Shown here: positions 55,022 through 64,000 of the stretch, piece after piece
How the letters are laid out: each line of letters starts with the position of its first letter
Numbering within the stretch: the first letter of the stretch is position 1
Source: a virus
Lineage: Duplodnaviria; Caudoviricetes
Reading direction: 5' to 3' (one strand)
DNA: 64,000 nt
IMG/VR virus record: IMGVR_UViG_3300020187_001966
Program-made: the position numbers and the translations under genes
Notes under the pieces: generated by a model
What the model saw: only the letters and a program-made list of their open reading frames with translations
What the model was told of the DNA's origin: nothing
The model's database searches: none

Positions 55022-56902
55022 ATGGCAATTTCATTTCCAGGTAGCAAAAGTAATGGGCAAAAATTTACACACGGAAATAAGTCATGGACTTGGAATGGAT
55101 CCTCCTGGAAAGGCACAACCTCAAACGGCGGTGATGCCACTAGCCTAGGTGGAGCATCTGCTACAAGTTTCTTACGTAGTGATCAGGAAGACAGCGGTAT
55201 AGGTCTAAACTTGAATGGTGGTTCTTTAAACCAAGCCAATGATGCTACTCTTTATGTGACCGCATCTAATAATAGCGACTGGGGTATGAAGATCGATGCA
55301 AATGCTGCTTCTGGTAAAACAGAATATGGTATGACCATTGATATGCCTAGTAGTTTTAGCTATGGGCTTAGAGTTCGTAAAAACGGCGCAGACCATTTTA
55401 GGGTTGACTCTGCTGGCGCAATGATTGCTAGTAACTATGTTTGGCATGCAGGCAACGATGGCTCTGGTAGTGGACTAGACGCTGATTTACTTGACGGACA
55501 ACAGGGCAGCTATTATATGCCAGCTAGTACAACATCAATAAATCAATCTAATCAGGTAAGCGGAAATACTTTCGCAACAACAAGTTCACCAGGCGGTGTT
55601 TTAGAATATCAACAAGCATCTGGATTAACAGATACAAAACTAGCTCCTGGTACTGACTGGTACAACAGTATTCGTATGGGGCATGGTAATCCTTATAGCT
55701 ATTATAGTAATACTATTGCTGTAAAAATGACTGGTACAGGAGTGGGTGATTTATATACCCAAACTATCTCAAACAATGTTGCACAAGGTTGGAACAAACA
55801 CTGGCATAATAATAATGACGGCTCTGGTAGTGGACTAGACGCTGATACAGTTGATGGGTTACATGCATCAGATCTCGGAGGAGGAGCAACTGTATCAACA
55901 ACTGCTCCATCTAGTCCATCACAAGGTGATATGTGGTTTAATAGTACCACTGGTGTTACTGCTATGTATGTATGGTCAGGTACACAATGGGACCAGATGA
56001 GTAATAAGTTCTCTGCCACAGGTGGTACTGTAACTACATATGCAGCAGGTGGTCTTAACTATAAAATTCATACATTTACTTCATCAGGCACATTTACTGC
56101 TGAAGCTGCTGGTGTTGTGGATGTTCTAATGGTTGCTGGCGGTGGCGGTGGCGGTGGACATGCTAACCCAGGTGGTGCGGGTGCTGGAGGACTTATTTAC
56201 ATAAATTCACATGGCCTCACTCCTGGCACTTTCACTATTACAGTTGGGGCAGGTGGTGTAAACACTAATACTGGAACTTATGCTACTGCTGTTAAAGGTA
56301 ATGACACTACAGGTATTGGACTTACTGCTAAAGGTGGCGGTGCTGGAGTAGTTTGGTCTGCGGCGGTGTTAGCCTCTTTAAATGGCGGGTCATCTGGTGG
56401 CTATGGTACTGGTGGTTCTGTTAATACTGGAGCATCTACAGCAACACAACCGTCACAATCAGGCGACTCAGGTGTTTACGGTTTCGGTAATCGTGGGGGC
56501 AATGGTACATACTTCGGAAACCCATATCCAGGCGGAGGTGGCGGTGGAGCAGGAGCTGTAGGGCAAAATTCACCTGGTGGTTCTACTGCAGGTGCTGGCG
56601 GTGCCGGACGCACTTACGATATCAGTGGTACTAGTACTACCTATGCAGGTGGTGGCGGTGGTGGCGGTTGGTCTGCTGTAAGTGGTATGGCAGGCGGCGC
56701 TGGTGGAGGTGGCCGCGGTGATTGTGCACTATCTAATGGTTCTGGTACATCATCCCGTGGTTTCACAAACAATTCCTCTATAGGTGAAAACGGATCTATT
56801 AACACTGGCGGAGGTGGCGGTGGCGCAGGGCGAACTGGTGGTCAGCTGTCAAGAGGCGGAAATGGTGGTTCAGGCATTGTCATCATTCGATACTTAGTTT
56901 AA
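55022..56902 (+). CDS. Glycine-rich adhesin/fibre protein, cassette 2
   Basis: Same N-terminus and Gly-rich domain as cassette 1, plus a central fibre segment. Confidence 0.7.
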   Translation: MAISFPGSKSNGQKFTHGNKSWTWNGSSWKGTTSNGGDATSLGGASATSFLRSDQEDSGIGLNLNGGSLNQANDATLYVTASNNSDWGMKIDANAASGKTEYGMTIDMPSSFSYGLRVRKNGADHFRVDSAGAMIASNYVWHAGNDGSGSGLDADLLDGQQGSYYMPASTTSINQSNQVSGNTFATTSSPGGVLEYQQASGLTDTKLAPGTDWYNSIRMGHGNPYSYYSNTIAVKMTGTGVGDLYTQTISNNVAQGWNKHWHNNNDGSGSGLDADTVDGLHASDLGGGATVSTTAPSSPSQGDMWFNSTTGVTAMYVWSGTQWDQMSNKFSATGGTVTTYAAGGLNYKIHTFTSSGTFTAEAAGVVDVLMVAGGGGGGGHANPGGAGAGGLIYINSHGLTPGTFTITVGAGGVNTNTGTYATAVKGNDTTGIGLTAKGGGAGVVWSAAVLASLNGGSSGGYGTGGSVNTGASTATQPSQSGDSGVYGFGNRGGNGTYFGNPYPGGGGGGAGAVGQNSPGGSTAGAGGAGRTYDISGTSTTYAGGGGGGGWSAVSGMAGGAGGGGRGDCALSNGSGTSSRGFTNNSSIGENGSINTGGGGGGAGRTGGQLSRGGNGGSGIVIIRYLV

Positions 56903-56913
56903 GGAGAAATAAT

Positions 56914-57291
56914 ATGGCAACTTATGCAAAAGTTATAAATGGTGACGTAATCCAAGTAATTGTGGCCACCCAAGAAGTTATCGACAGCGGCGTTTTTGGA
57001 GAATCGAGTAATTGGATTCAAACATCTTACAACACCCATGGTAATCAGTACTTCGACTCAGAAACAGGTGAAATCAGTGGCGGTACTCCTTTACGTAAGA
57101 ATTATGCTGGAATAGGTTATACTTACGATTCAGATCGTGATGCTTTCATTCCACCTCAACCATATAACTCTTGGACTCTTAACGAAGACACTTGCTTATG
57201 GGAACCCCCAGTAGCATATCCAGATGATTCGTTGAATGGTAAGATGTACTTTTGGAATGAAGATACTACCTCTTGGGTTCTTTCAGAATAA
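56914..57291 (+). CDS. Small partner protein, cassette 2
   Basis: MATYAKV...WIQTSYNT...RKNYAGIGYTYD...DAFIPPQPYNSW. Confidence 0.7.
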   Translation: MATYAKVINGDVIQVIVATQEVIDSGVFGESSNWIQTSYNTHGNQYFDSETGEISGGTPLRKNYAGIGYTYDSDRDAFIPPQPYNSWTLNEDTCLWEPPVAYPDDSLNGKMYFWNEDTTSWVLSE

Positions 57292-57317
57292 CCCCAAAAA
57301 ATTATTACTTAAACTCA

Positions 57318-57325
57318 TATAAATA
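57318..57325 (+). promoter_or_regulatory. Late promoter TATAAATA (cassette 3)
   Basis: Exact consensus. Confidence 0.65.
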
Positions 57326-57352
57326 GTTACAACAACTTAAAGGTAATTAATT

Positions 57353-58855
57353 ATGGCAATTTCATTTCCAGGTAGCAAAAGTAATGGGCAAAAATTTACA
57401 CACGGAAATAAGTCATGGACTTGGAATGGATCCTCCTGGAAAGGCACAACCGCAAACGGCGGTGATGCCACTACACTTGGCAGTTTAACTAGTACTCAGT
57501 TCTTGCGCAGTGATGCTAGTGATACATTTACTGGTAATCTTAGCCTACACGGCAACTTGTTAATGACAGGTTCAGCTACTACTGCTAACCAGGCGAGAAT
57601 AATTGACTTTACTGGGTTCGATAAAGAAGGCACTACTGATCCATCAGACAGAGCTTACATCCAACATACTACAAATACAGGCGGACACGCAGGTTCTGTT
57701 CTTGTAATCAGTAGCAAGAATGATATTCAAGACGGTATTGCATTTTCAACACACAGTAGTAGTAATCTACTACATAACTCAAATAAAATATGGACAGCAG
57801 GTAATGACGGTTCTGGTTCAGGACTAGACGCAGATACTGTAGATGGCATTCAAGGAGCAAACTTACTGCGGAGTGACATAACTACATCAATAAAAATAGC
57901 TCAAGGAACAACCGCTCAAAGACCAACTCTATCTGCTTCTGATGTGGGTTATATGCGATATAACACTACTAACAGTGAATTTGAGTTTTGGCACGGAGAT
58001 TCTTGGGTTACAAAATTAAAGGGTGGAATTGACCTTGAGTTTCTCATTGTTGGCGGCGGCGGCGGTGGCGGCGGTTATGACGGTGGGCACTACGGTGCTT
58101 CAGGAGGATCAGGTGCTTTAATCTCTGGTGCTCTTTCTATGGTAAGTGAAACTATTAATGTATATATTGGCGGCGGCGGATCGTTAGGAGCAAGTCAATT
58201 GACAAATGGTGGCTCTGGAAGTGGAGGTAGTTCTTCATACGGTCCAGGAGGCTTAGGAGGTCGAGCTGGAACCAGCGGCACTTCTGGCGCAGGTGGTGGT
58301 GGAGGAGGTGCAACTGCACTCACATCTACAGTTGATATCGCAGTTGTAGGCGGTGGTGGTGGCGGTGGCGGCGGTAATGAAGGTAATCAAAACGAGCAAG
58401 CTCCAGGAGGTGGTGGAGTTGTTACTTCTAGAGGTAGTCAATCAGGTACAACTGGTGGCGGTGGATTTAATTATAGTGGAGATGGCGGCGGCGGCGGCGC
58501 TGGCGGTGGTGGTAAAACTGGTGGTACTGGGCAGGCACAAGGAGTTGCTGCAGGTTCATCTGGAGGCACCAACTACACTTCATCGGAAGTGTCATCCGTC
58601 ACTGCAGTAAACGGTCCTAATGGAGCTAGTAATAGTACCTCCACTACTAGTGGAGCTTCATATGGGAGTTCATCTAATTTCTCATATAGCAGTGGAAGCG
58701 GTCGAGGTGGCAAAAGTCAAGCTTCAGGAGGTGGTGGAATTGCTATAATTAGGTACCAGTCTTTAACAGCTCTAGCAGTAGGTGGCACAGTAACAACTAG
58801 CGGTGGGTATCAAATACATACCTTTACTTCTAATGGTACATTCGTACCGTCATAA
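57353..58855 (+). CDS. Glycine-rich adhesin/fibre protein, cassette 3
   Basis: Same N-terminus; LEFLIVGGGGGGG; GGGGIAIIRY...GGYQIHTFTSNGTF. Confidence 0.7.
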   Translation: MAISFPGSKSNGQKFTHGNKSWTWNGSSWKGTTANGGDATTLGSLTSTQFLRSDASDTFTGNLSLHGNLLMTGSATTANQARIIDFTGFDKEGTTDPSDRAYIQHTTNTGGHAGSVLVISSKNDIQDGIAFSTHSSSNLLHNSNKIWTAGNDGSGSGLDADTVDGIQGANLLRSDITTSIKIAQGTTAQRPTLSASDVGYMRYNTTNSEFEFWHGDSWVTKLKGGIDLEFLIVGGGGGGGGYDGGHYGASGGSGALISGALSMVSETINVYIGGGGSLGASQLTNGGSGSGGSSSYGPGGLGGRAGTSGTSGAGGGGGGATALTSTVDIAVVGGGGGGGGGNEGNQNEQAPGGGGVVTSRGSQSGTTGGGGFNYSGDGGGGGAGGGGKTGGTGQAQGVAAGSSGGTNYTSSEVSSVTAVNGPNGASNSTSTTSGASYGSSSNFSYSSGSGRGGKSQASGGGGIAIIRYQSLTALAVGGTVTTSGGYQIHTFTSNGTFVPS

Positions 58856-58867
58856 AAAGGAAGAAAA

Positions 58868-59284
58868 ATGGCAAATTATGCAAAGATAGGGTTAAATAAT
58901 CTCGTTTTAGCGGTTCAGTTTATAAACAATAAAGAATGTACTAATGATGAAGCAGAGTTTGTAGATCAGCTAGGTATTGATAGGCTAATTGAACTTACAG
59001 GACATGAAACATGGGTTCGATGTTCATTTAATACTAGTGGTGGGGTAAATTTAACAGGTAACTCTCCTTTTAGATTAAATTATCCTAGTGCTGGGTGGTA
59101 TTATGACGCTACATTGGACGGGTTTATAGAACCTGTTAATCAAGATGTGCCAACTTGGGTACTAAATGAAACAACTGGGCTTAGAGAAGCACCTACTCCT
59201 TACCCAACAGATGGTGAACGATATAAATGGAGTAACGACACCCTAGCTTGGGTACAGTTAGCACCAGAAGAGTATTTTGTATAA
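58868..59284 (+). CDS. Small partner protein, cassette 3
   Basis: MANYAKI...WVRCSFNT...FRLNYPSAGWYYD...W.L.E. Confidence 0.7.
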   Translation: MANYAKIGLNNLVLAVQFINNKECTNDEAEFVDQLGIDRLIELTGHETWVRCSFNTSGGVNLTGNSPFRLNYPSAGWYYDATLDGFIEPVNQDVPTWVLNETTGLREAPTPYPTDGERYKWSNDTLAWVQLAPEEYFV

Positions 59285-59286
59285 AG

Positions 59287-59294
59287 TATAAATA
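59287..59294 (+). promoter_or_regulatory. Late promoter TATAAATA
   Basis: Exact consensus upstream of the last fibre gene. Confidence 0.65.
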
Positions 59295-59322
59295 TACATA
59301 AGCAATCTTTAAGGATATACGT

Positions 59323-62300
59323 ATGGCATTAAGTAAAGGTTTTGAACTCGCAAAATTAGGCAGTGGACTAGATGTAAACCAATCAACAGGCGAAGTAGTA
59401 GCTATTTCCATGGATACAGATGTTGTATCCGAAGGAACTACTAATATATATTTCACAGACGCAAGAGTAGACAATAGGGTAGCTAGTTTATTAGCTGGAG
59501 GCACAACAGGTAATATTGTTACAACTGGCTACATAGCTGGCCCAGCAACATTTACAATTGATCCAGCAGGTGTTGGAGATAACACAGGTACAGTTGTTAT
59601 AGCAGGTAATTTACAAGTAGATGGTACACAAACAACAATTAATAGTACAACACTTGATGTTGATGATTTAAATATTACAGTAGCAAGTGGTGCCGCTAAT
59701 GGCGCAGCCGCTAATGGCGCTGGACTAACAGTTGACGGTGCTGGTGCTAACATTACGTATACACATGCCACAACTAGTTGGGACTTTAATAAAGATATAA
59801 ACGTAACAGGTACTACAACAACCGATCAATACTTATATGTTAATAGCCCTAACGGAACACAGCTTCAGCTACGTTCAGAAGATGCATATACTACTTTAGG
59901 TGTTGGAAATAGAAATCTTAATATTACTGCTAATAGAACTATATTTTTAGATGATGCTTTTGCAGAAGTAATGAGAATTAATGATGATGGTAATGTTGGT
60001 ATTGGCACAACCACCCCTACTAGGATGTTGGAAGTGTACAACACCAGTTCTAGTATGCTTGCACAATTCAAAAGCGGCTCTGGTGACGATGCGTTTATTT
60101 GTTTTGCAAATAATACATCTACTGCTGATGGAGTAAGAGTTGGGTCTAAAGGTAATGACTTAGTATTATCTACATTATTTACTCCGAGGGTTACAGTTAA
60201 ATACGCTGGCAATGTGGGTATTGGGACAGATGCACCTGCGAGTGCTCTACATGTTAGAGGTACAGCATCAACAGTAGGAGCTACTCGTTCTGTAGTTACT
60301 CTTACAGATGATACTGCGATGGGAATAAATGTTGGTAGTGGTGTTGCGTTTAGAGGGTTATATACTTCAGCAGGTCTAGAAGCTAATTATGGTGGAATTT
60401 TTGCTGGTAAATCAAATGCAAACTCTGGTAACGCAAATGGATATCTATCTTTATCATACTCTGCTAGTGGTACATTAACCGAAGGTATTCGTATTAGTGA
60501 AACTGGTAAAGTTGGTATTGGTGACTCCACACCAACTGCAAATGGATTAACTGTTTTTAGTTCAGTTACAGGAGCGTCAAGACTAAATTTGCATATTGGC
60601 GGCAGTGGTACTGTGCCAAACTCAGGCAGTTATAATACAATATCAAACAACCAGCACGCTGATATATTAATTTCGTCTAACGCTTATATAAACGGTAACG
60701 GGAATCCTGTTATAATATCTAATCATGCTAATATGGGTGGAACAGGTATAAAAATTTCTGGTGCAAATGGATCACATGATATTAAATTTTACACTTCGAA
60801 TGCAGCTAACTTTGTAAGAGGAACTGAACTAACAAATACAGAACGGATGACCATTAGTAAGTACGGTAACGTTGGTATTGGGACATCTACATTTGGTGTA
60901 AATGGTAAGTTGCAAGTTGCTGGAGGTATAGGGTTAACTGGTAATTCAGAAATTCGTCAAAGTACTAACAGTGACGGTAACACTTTAAGATTTCTAGGTA
61001 CCCAATTTGTTGCAGGTGCTGCTAACTCTCATAGCTATAGTTATACTGGCGGTGCACTTATAGCAGCTAGGGCATCGGCCCACAACGCACTTTTGTTTGA
61101 TGTAGGTACATCTGGCACATCAGGTCATAAGTTAAAAGTATTAAATGATAGTAGTGGTGTTGGTGGTTCTTTGCAATATCTTCATGGTAGTGATACGAGG
61201 TTTATTGTTAAAAGTTCAACAGGCAACGTTGGTATTGGTACAGCTACACCTAGCACGAAACTAGATATTTCAACATCTGGTGCTGATGGTATTACTTTAA
61301 ATGCAGATACTGTTACTTCAACAGCTTCTAATAGATTATTCTTTAATAACGGAACTGCAGGAAAAGCTGTTGGTTTATACAACTCATTTAATGCATTAAG
61401 ATTTACAGTTCTAGCTACACCTGGAACAAGTACAGGTACTGAAAAAATGCGGCTTACCGAAGCTGGATTTCTAAGTCTTGGTGGTCATGCTCCAGCAACA
61501 ATATTAGATATTGCCAACGTGGGTGGTGCTCACGGACTTGCTCTAAATGCAGATGCAAACAATGCCACACTTTCTAGTAGATTATTCCTTAATAATGGAA
61601 CAGCTGGTAAAGCAATTTCTATAATGAATAATGGAAATAATCTTTCTATATCAACTGCTGCTACACCAGGATCAGGTTCTGGGTCTGAAAAAGTTAGAAT
61701 ATTAGAAAATGGTAATGTTGGTATTGGTACAACTAACCCTATAATGGTTGGCGGAGGTACGGGGTTAGTCATAAACGGCGGCGCTAATCAGGCTCGTTTT
61801 GCGTTGAGGAATGATGCTACAGGTGATGGCTCAGGTGCTGGATTTCACCTTGCTGTTACTAGTGGTAGTGGCTCTAACGGAGGCCAAGCAATTTTTGAGC
61901 AACGTCAAAACAATATAATAGCTTTTAATCTATATGGCTCAGAAGCTATGCGCATCTTACCATCAGGTAATGTTGGTATTGGGACGACTTCGCCTAGTCA
62001 AAAACTTGATGTAGCTGGTAACATAGCACTATCAGGCACAGTAGATGGTGTAGATATAGCCGCAAGAGACGGCGTACTTACAAGCACAACAACAACAGCA
62101 AATGCGGCTTTACCAAAAGCTGGTGGCACTATAACAGGTGATGTATCTTTTACTAATGGTAATAAAGCTGTATTTGGAGGTACTGGCAACGGTGAACTAG
62201 AGATATACGCTCATGCTACAAACAATAATGTTTACATATCTGAAAACGCCGCCGGTAACCTTAATTTAGGCGCAGATAATTTCAACATATACACAAATGC

Positions 62301-64000
62301 GTTTACAAAGCAAGTAGCATCATTTACAGCTGGAAGTGCTAAACTATTAAATGACGGTAATGAGAAACTAGCCACAACAGCTACAGGTATAGATGTAACA
62401 GGTAATATAACTGTATCAGGCTACATAGCTGGCCCAGCAGTATTAACTATTGATCCAGCAGGTGTTGGCGATAATACAGGTAAGGTTGTTATCGCAGGTG
62501 ACTTACAAATAGATGGTACAACTACAACAATTAACAGTACAACACTAACAGTAGATGATTTAAATATCACACTTGCCAGTGGCGCCGCTGACAGCGCAGC
62601 CGCTAATGGAGCTGGTATTACTGTAGATGGAGCTAACGCTACTATCACATATGACGGCACAAATGACGAGTGGGACTTTAATAAAGACGTAAACGTAACA
62701 GGTAACATAGCACTATCAGGCACAGTAGATGGTGTAGACATAGCCGCAAGAGACGGCGTACTTACAAGTACAACAACAACAGCCAATGCGGCTTTACCAA
62801 AAGCTGGTGGAGCCATAACAGGTGCTATCACAACTAACAGCACCTTTGACGGGCGTAACGTGTCCGTAGATGGAGACAAGCTAGATCTTATTGAAGCAGG
62901 CGCCACAGCAGACCAAACTGCTGCGCAACTTCTGACAGCCATCAAGACTGTTGATGGTACTGGTTCCGGATTAGATGCTGATTTGCTGGATGGGCAGCAG
63001 GGTTCTTATTACTACAGTTCAGGTAATCCACCGCCTTTAACTGCTGACCCCACTCTAACATTAACTGGCGATGCCACTGGCTCAGCTACATTTACTAACC
63101 TTGGTAATGCTACACTGACCGTTGCTATTGCTGATGATAGTCATAATCACACCTTGGCAAACATAGACCAGGTTACTATTAATAACACTAATGACTTAGA
63201 CACCTACAATACCAGAGGACTATACAACTGGAGTAGCAGCAATCCTGCCAACAGCCCTTATGCTTACGGGTCTATGTTAGTACTACCAGACGGAAGCCAA
63301 TCGCAACAGCTATTACAAACATATGGTGGCACAGCTAACACAGTAAGTCTTTATGGCAGACGTAAAACAAGCGGCACTTGGGATACAACTTGGACACAGT
63401 ATTTTAGTGATCATTACCACCCCAACGCTGATACCCTAACAACAGCTAGAAATATTAACGGTGTAGCATTTGACGGGTCTATTGACATTACTGTAGCAGA
63501 CGCTACTAAGCTACCACTAGCTGGCGGCACTTTAACTGGTGGCCTTACGATTAACGAGAATGGCGACAGTCTTCATTTACGAAATACAACCAATGGTGGC
63601 AGTGTAGGTGTTTCTTTCAGCTCAAACGTCCCTGCTAGTCAAATTGGTCATTTGAGATTTTCACATTCAGATACAGTGACATACGGCTCTGGTGCAGCGT
63701 TTGTCTTAGGTAGTACCGAAGCAACTACAACTATCCTCGCTGATGGTAAGCTGATGTTTGATGAGGGCATCTATTCTAAACCAGCAACAGGTACAGGCGC
63801 TGGTACTAGAAAAGATGCTAACTGGGATACAGCTTATACAACAGCCAATACAGCTAATACAACAGCCAACGCCGCTTTACCTAAAGCTGGCGGTACTATG
63901 ACTGGTCCGCTAACCATTGATACAGACAACAACGCCAACGGTGGTCTTCGTCTTCTTGTAAACCAAACGAACCCTGAGCAAGACTTCTACTTTGCTCAAG
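59323..64000 (+). CDS. Very long tail-fibre-like protein, runs off the right edge (partial, more than 1550 aa)
   Basis: ATG 59323 (MALSKGFELAKLG...) with TAAGGA SD. Frame spot-checked open at 62401 (GNITVSGYIAGPAVL) and 63961 (NQTNPEQDFYFAQ); GNVGIGT repeats. Confidence 0.75.
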   Translation, partial: MALSKGFELAKLGSGLDVNQSTGEVVAISMDTDVVSEGTTNIYFTDARVDNRVASLLAGGTTGNIVTTGYIAGPATFTIDPAGVGDNTGTVVIAGNLQVDGTQTTINSTTLDVDDLNITVASGAANGAAANGAGLTVDGAGANITYTHATTSWDFNKDINVTGTTTTDQYLYVNSPNGTQLQLRSEDAYTTLGVGNRNLNITANRTIFLDDAFAEVMRINDDGNVGIGTTTPTRMLEVYNTSSSMLAQFKSGSGDDAFICFANNTSTADGVRVGSKGNDLVLSTLFTPRVTVKYAGNVGIGTDAPASALHVRGTASTVGATRSVVTLTDDTAMGINVGSGVAFRGLYTSAGLEANYGGIFAGKSNANSGNANGYLSLSYSASGTLTEGIRISETGKVGIGDSTPTANGLTVFSSVTGASRLNLHIGGSGTVPNSGSYNTISNNQHADILISSNAYINGNGNPVIISNHANMGGTGIKISGANGSHDIKFYTSNAANFVRGTELTNTERMTISKYGNVGIGTSTFGVNGKLQVAGGIGLTGNSEIRQSTNSDGNTLRFLGTQFVAGAANSHSYSYTGGALIAARASAHNALLFDVGTSGTSGHKLKVLNDSSGVGGSLQYLHGSDTRFIVKSSTGNVGIGTATPSTKLDISTSGADGITLNADTVTSTASNRLFFNNGTAGKAVGLYNSFNALRFTVLATPGTSTGTEKMRLTEAGFLSLGGHAPATILDIANVGGAHGLALNADANNATLSSRLFLNNGTAGKAISIMNNGNNLSISTAATPGSGSGSEKVRILENGNVGIGTTNPIMVGGGTGLVINGGANQARFALRNDATGDGSGAGFHLAVTSGSGSNGGQAIFEQRQNNIIAFNLYGSEAMRILPSGNVGIGTTSPSQKLDVAGNIALSGTVDGVDIAARDGVLTSTTTTANAALPKAGGTITGDVSFTNGNKAVFGGTGNGELEIYAHATNNNVYISENAAGNLNLGADNFNIYTNAFTKQVASFTAGSAKLLNDGNEKLATTATGIDVTGNITVSGYIAGPAVLTIDPAGVGDNTGKVVIAGDLQIDGTTTTINSTTLTVDDLNITLASGAADSAAANGAGITVDGANATITYDGTNDEWDFNKDVNVTGNIALSGTVDGVDIAARDGVLTSTTTTANAALPKAGGAITGAITTNSTFDGRNVSVDGDKLDLIEAGATADQTAAQLLTAIKTVDGTGSGLDADLLDGQQGSYYYSSGNPPPLTADPTLTLTGDATGSATFTNLGNATLTVAIADDSHNHTLANIDQVTINNTNDLDTYNTRGLYNWSSSNPANSPYAYGSMLVLPDGSQSQQLLQTYGGTANTVSLYGRRKTSGTWDTTWTQYFSDHYHPNADTLTTARNINGVAFDGSIDITVADATKLPLAGGTLTGGLTINENGDSLHLRNTTNGGSVGVSFSSNVPASQIGHLRFSHSDTVTYGSGAAFVLGSTEATTTILADGKLMFDEGIYSKPATGTGAGTRKDANWDTAYTTANTANTTANAALPKAGGTMTGPLTIDTDNNANGGLRLLVNQTNPEQDFYFAQ

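Noticed and set aside
53368-59284. Invertible (shufflon-like) tail-fibre switch
   Set aside because: All cassettes are in direct orientation, with no inverted crossover sites and no invertase in the window.
47027-64000. Diversity-generating retroelement template/variable repeat pair among the duplicated fibre segments
   Set aside because: No reverse transcriptase in the window; differences between copies are mostly third-position and not adenine-specific.
1-64000. Stop-codon reassignment, as seen in some jumbo phages
   Set aside because: Core genes are full length in the standard code, TAA, TAG and TGA all end genes, and neither tRNA is a suppressor.

Overview
A 64-kb, AT-rich segment of a large T4-like (myovirus-type) tailed phage genome; no cellular genes are recognisable. 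In order: a minus-strand baseplate/tail cluster with a HIGH-motif nucleotidyltransferase (1-2606); gp55-like late sigma factor, gp47/gp46 recombination nuclease, a eukaryote-type phosphomannomutase and a short GIY-YIG nuclease followed by about 450 nt of structured non-coding DNA (2716-8500); a tail/baseplate chaperone pair apparently joined by a -1 frameshift, divergent from a tape-measure-like gene (8502-11580); the head module gp20-gp21-gp22-gp23 (11636-17368); an RNA island with a manA-like ncRNA, a 19-codon ORF, a pseudoknot-like element, tRNA-Trp and tRNA-His (17440-18085); then about 46 kb of late-promoter-driven fibre, adhesin and decoration genes built from shuffled modules. That last block includes two S8 proteases (one carrying a cupredoxin insert), an orphan heme oxygenase, LamG lectins, a DUF285/BspA-like repeat protein and three tandem Gly-rich/partner cassettes. 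The tRNA-His lacks G-1 and has A73, which points to an alphaproteobacterial host (inference). All family assignments come from motif recognition by eye, not from database searches.
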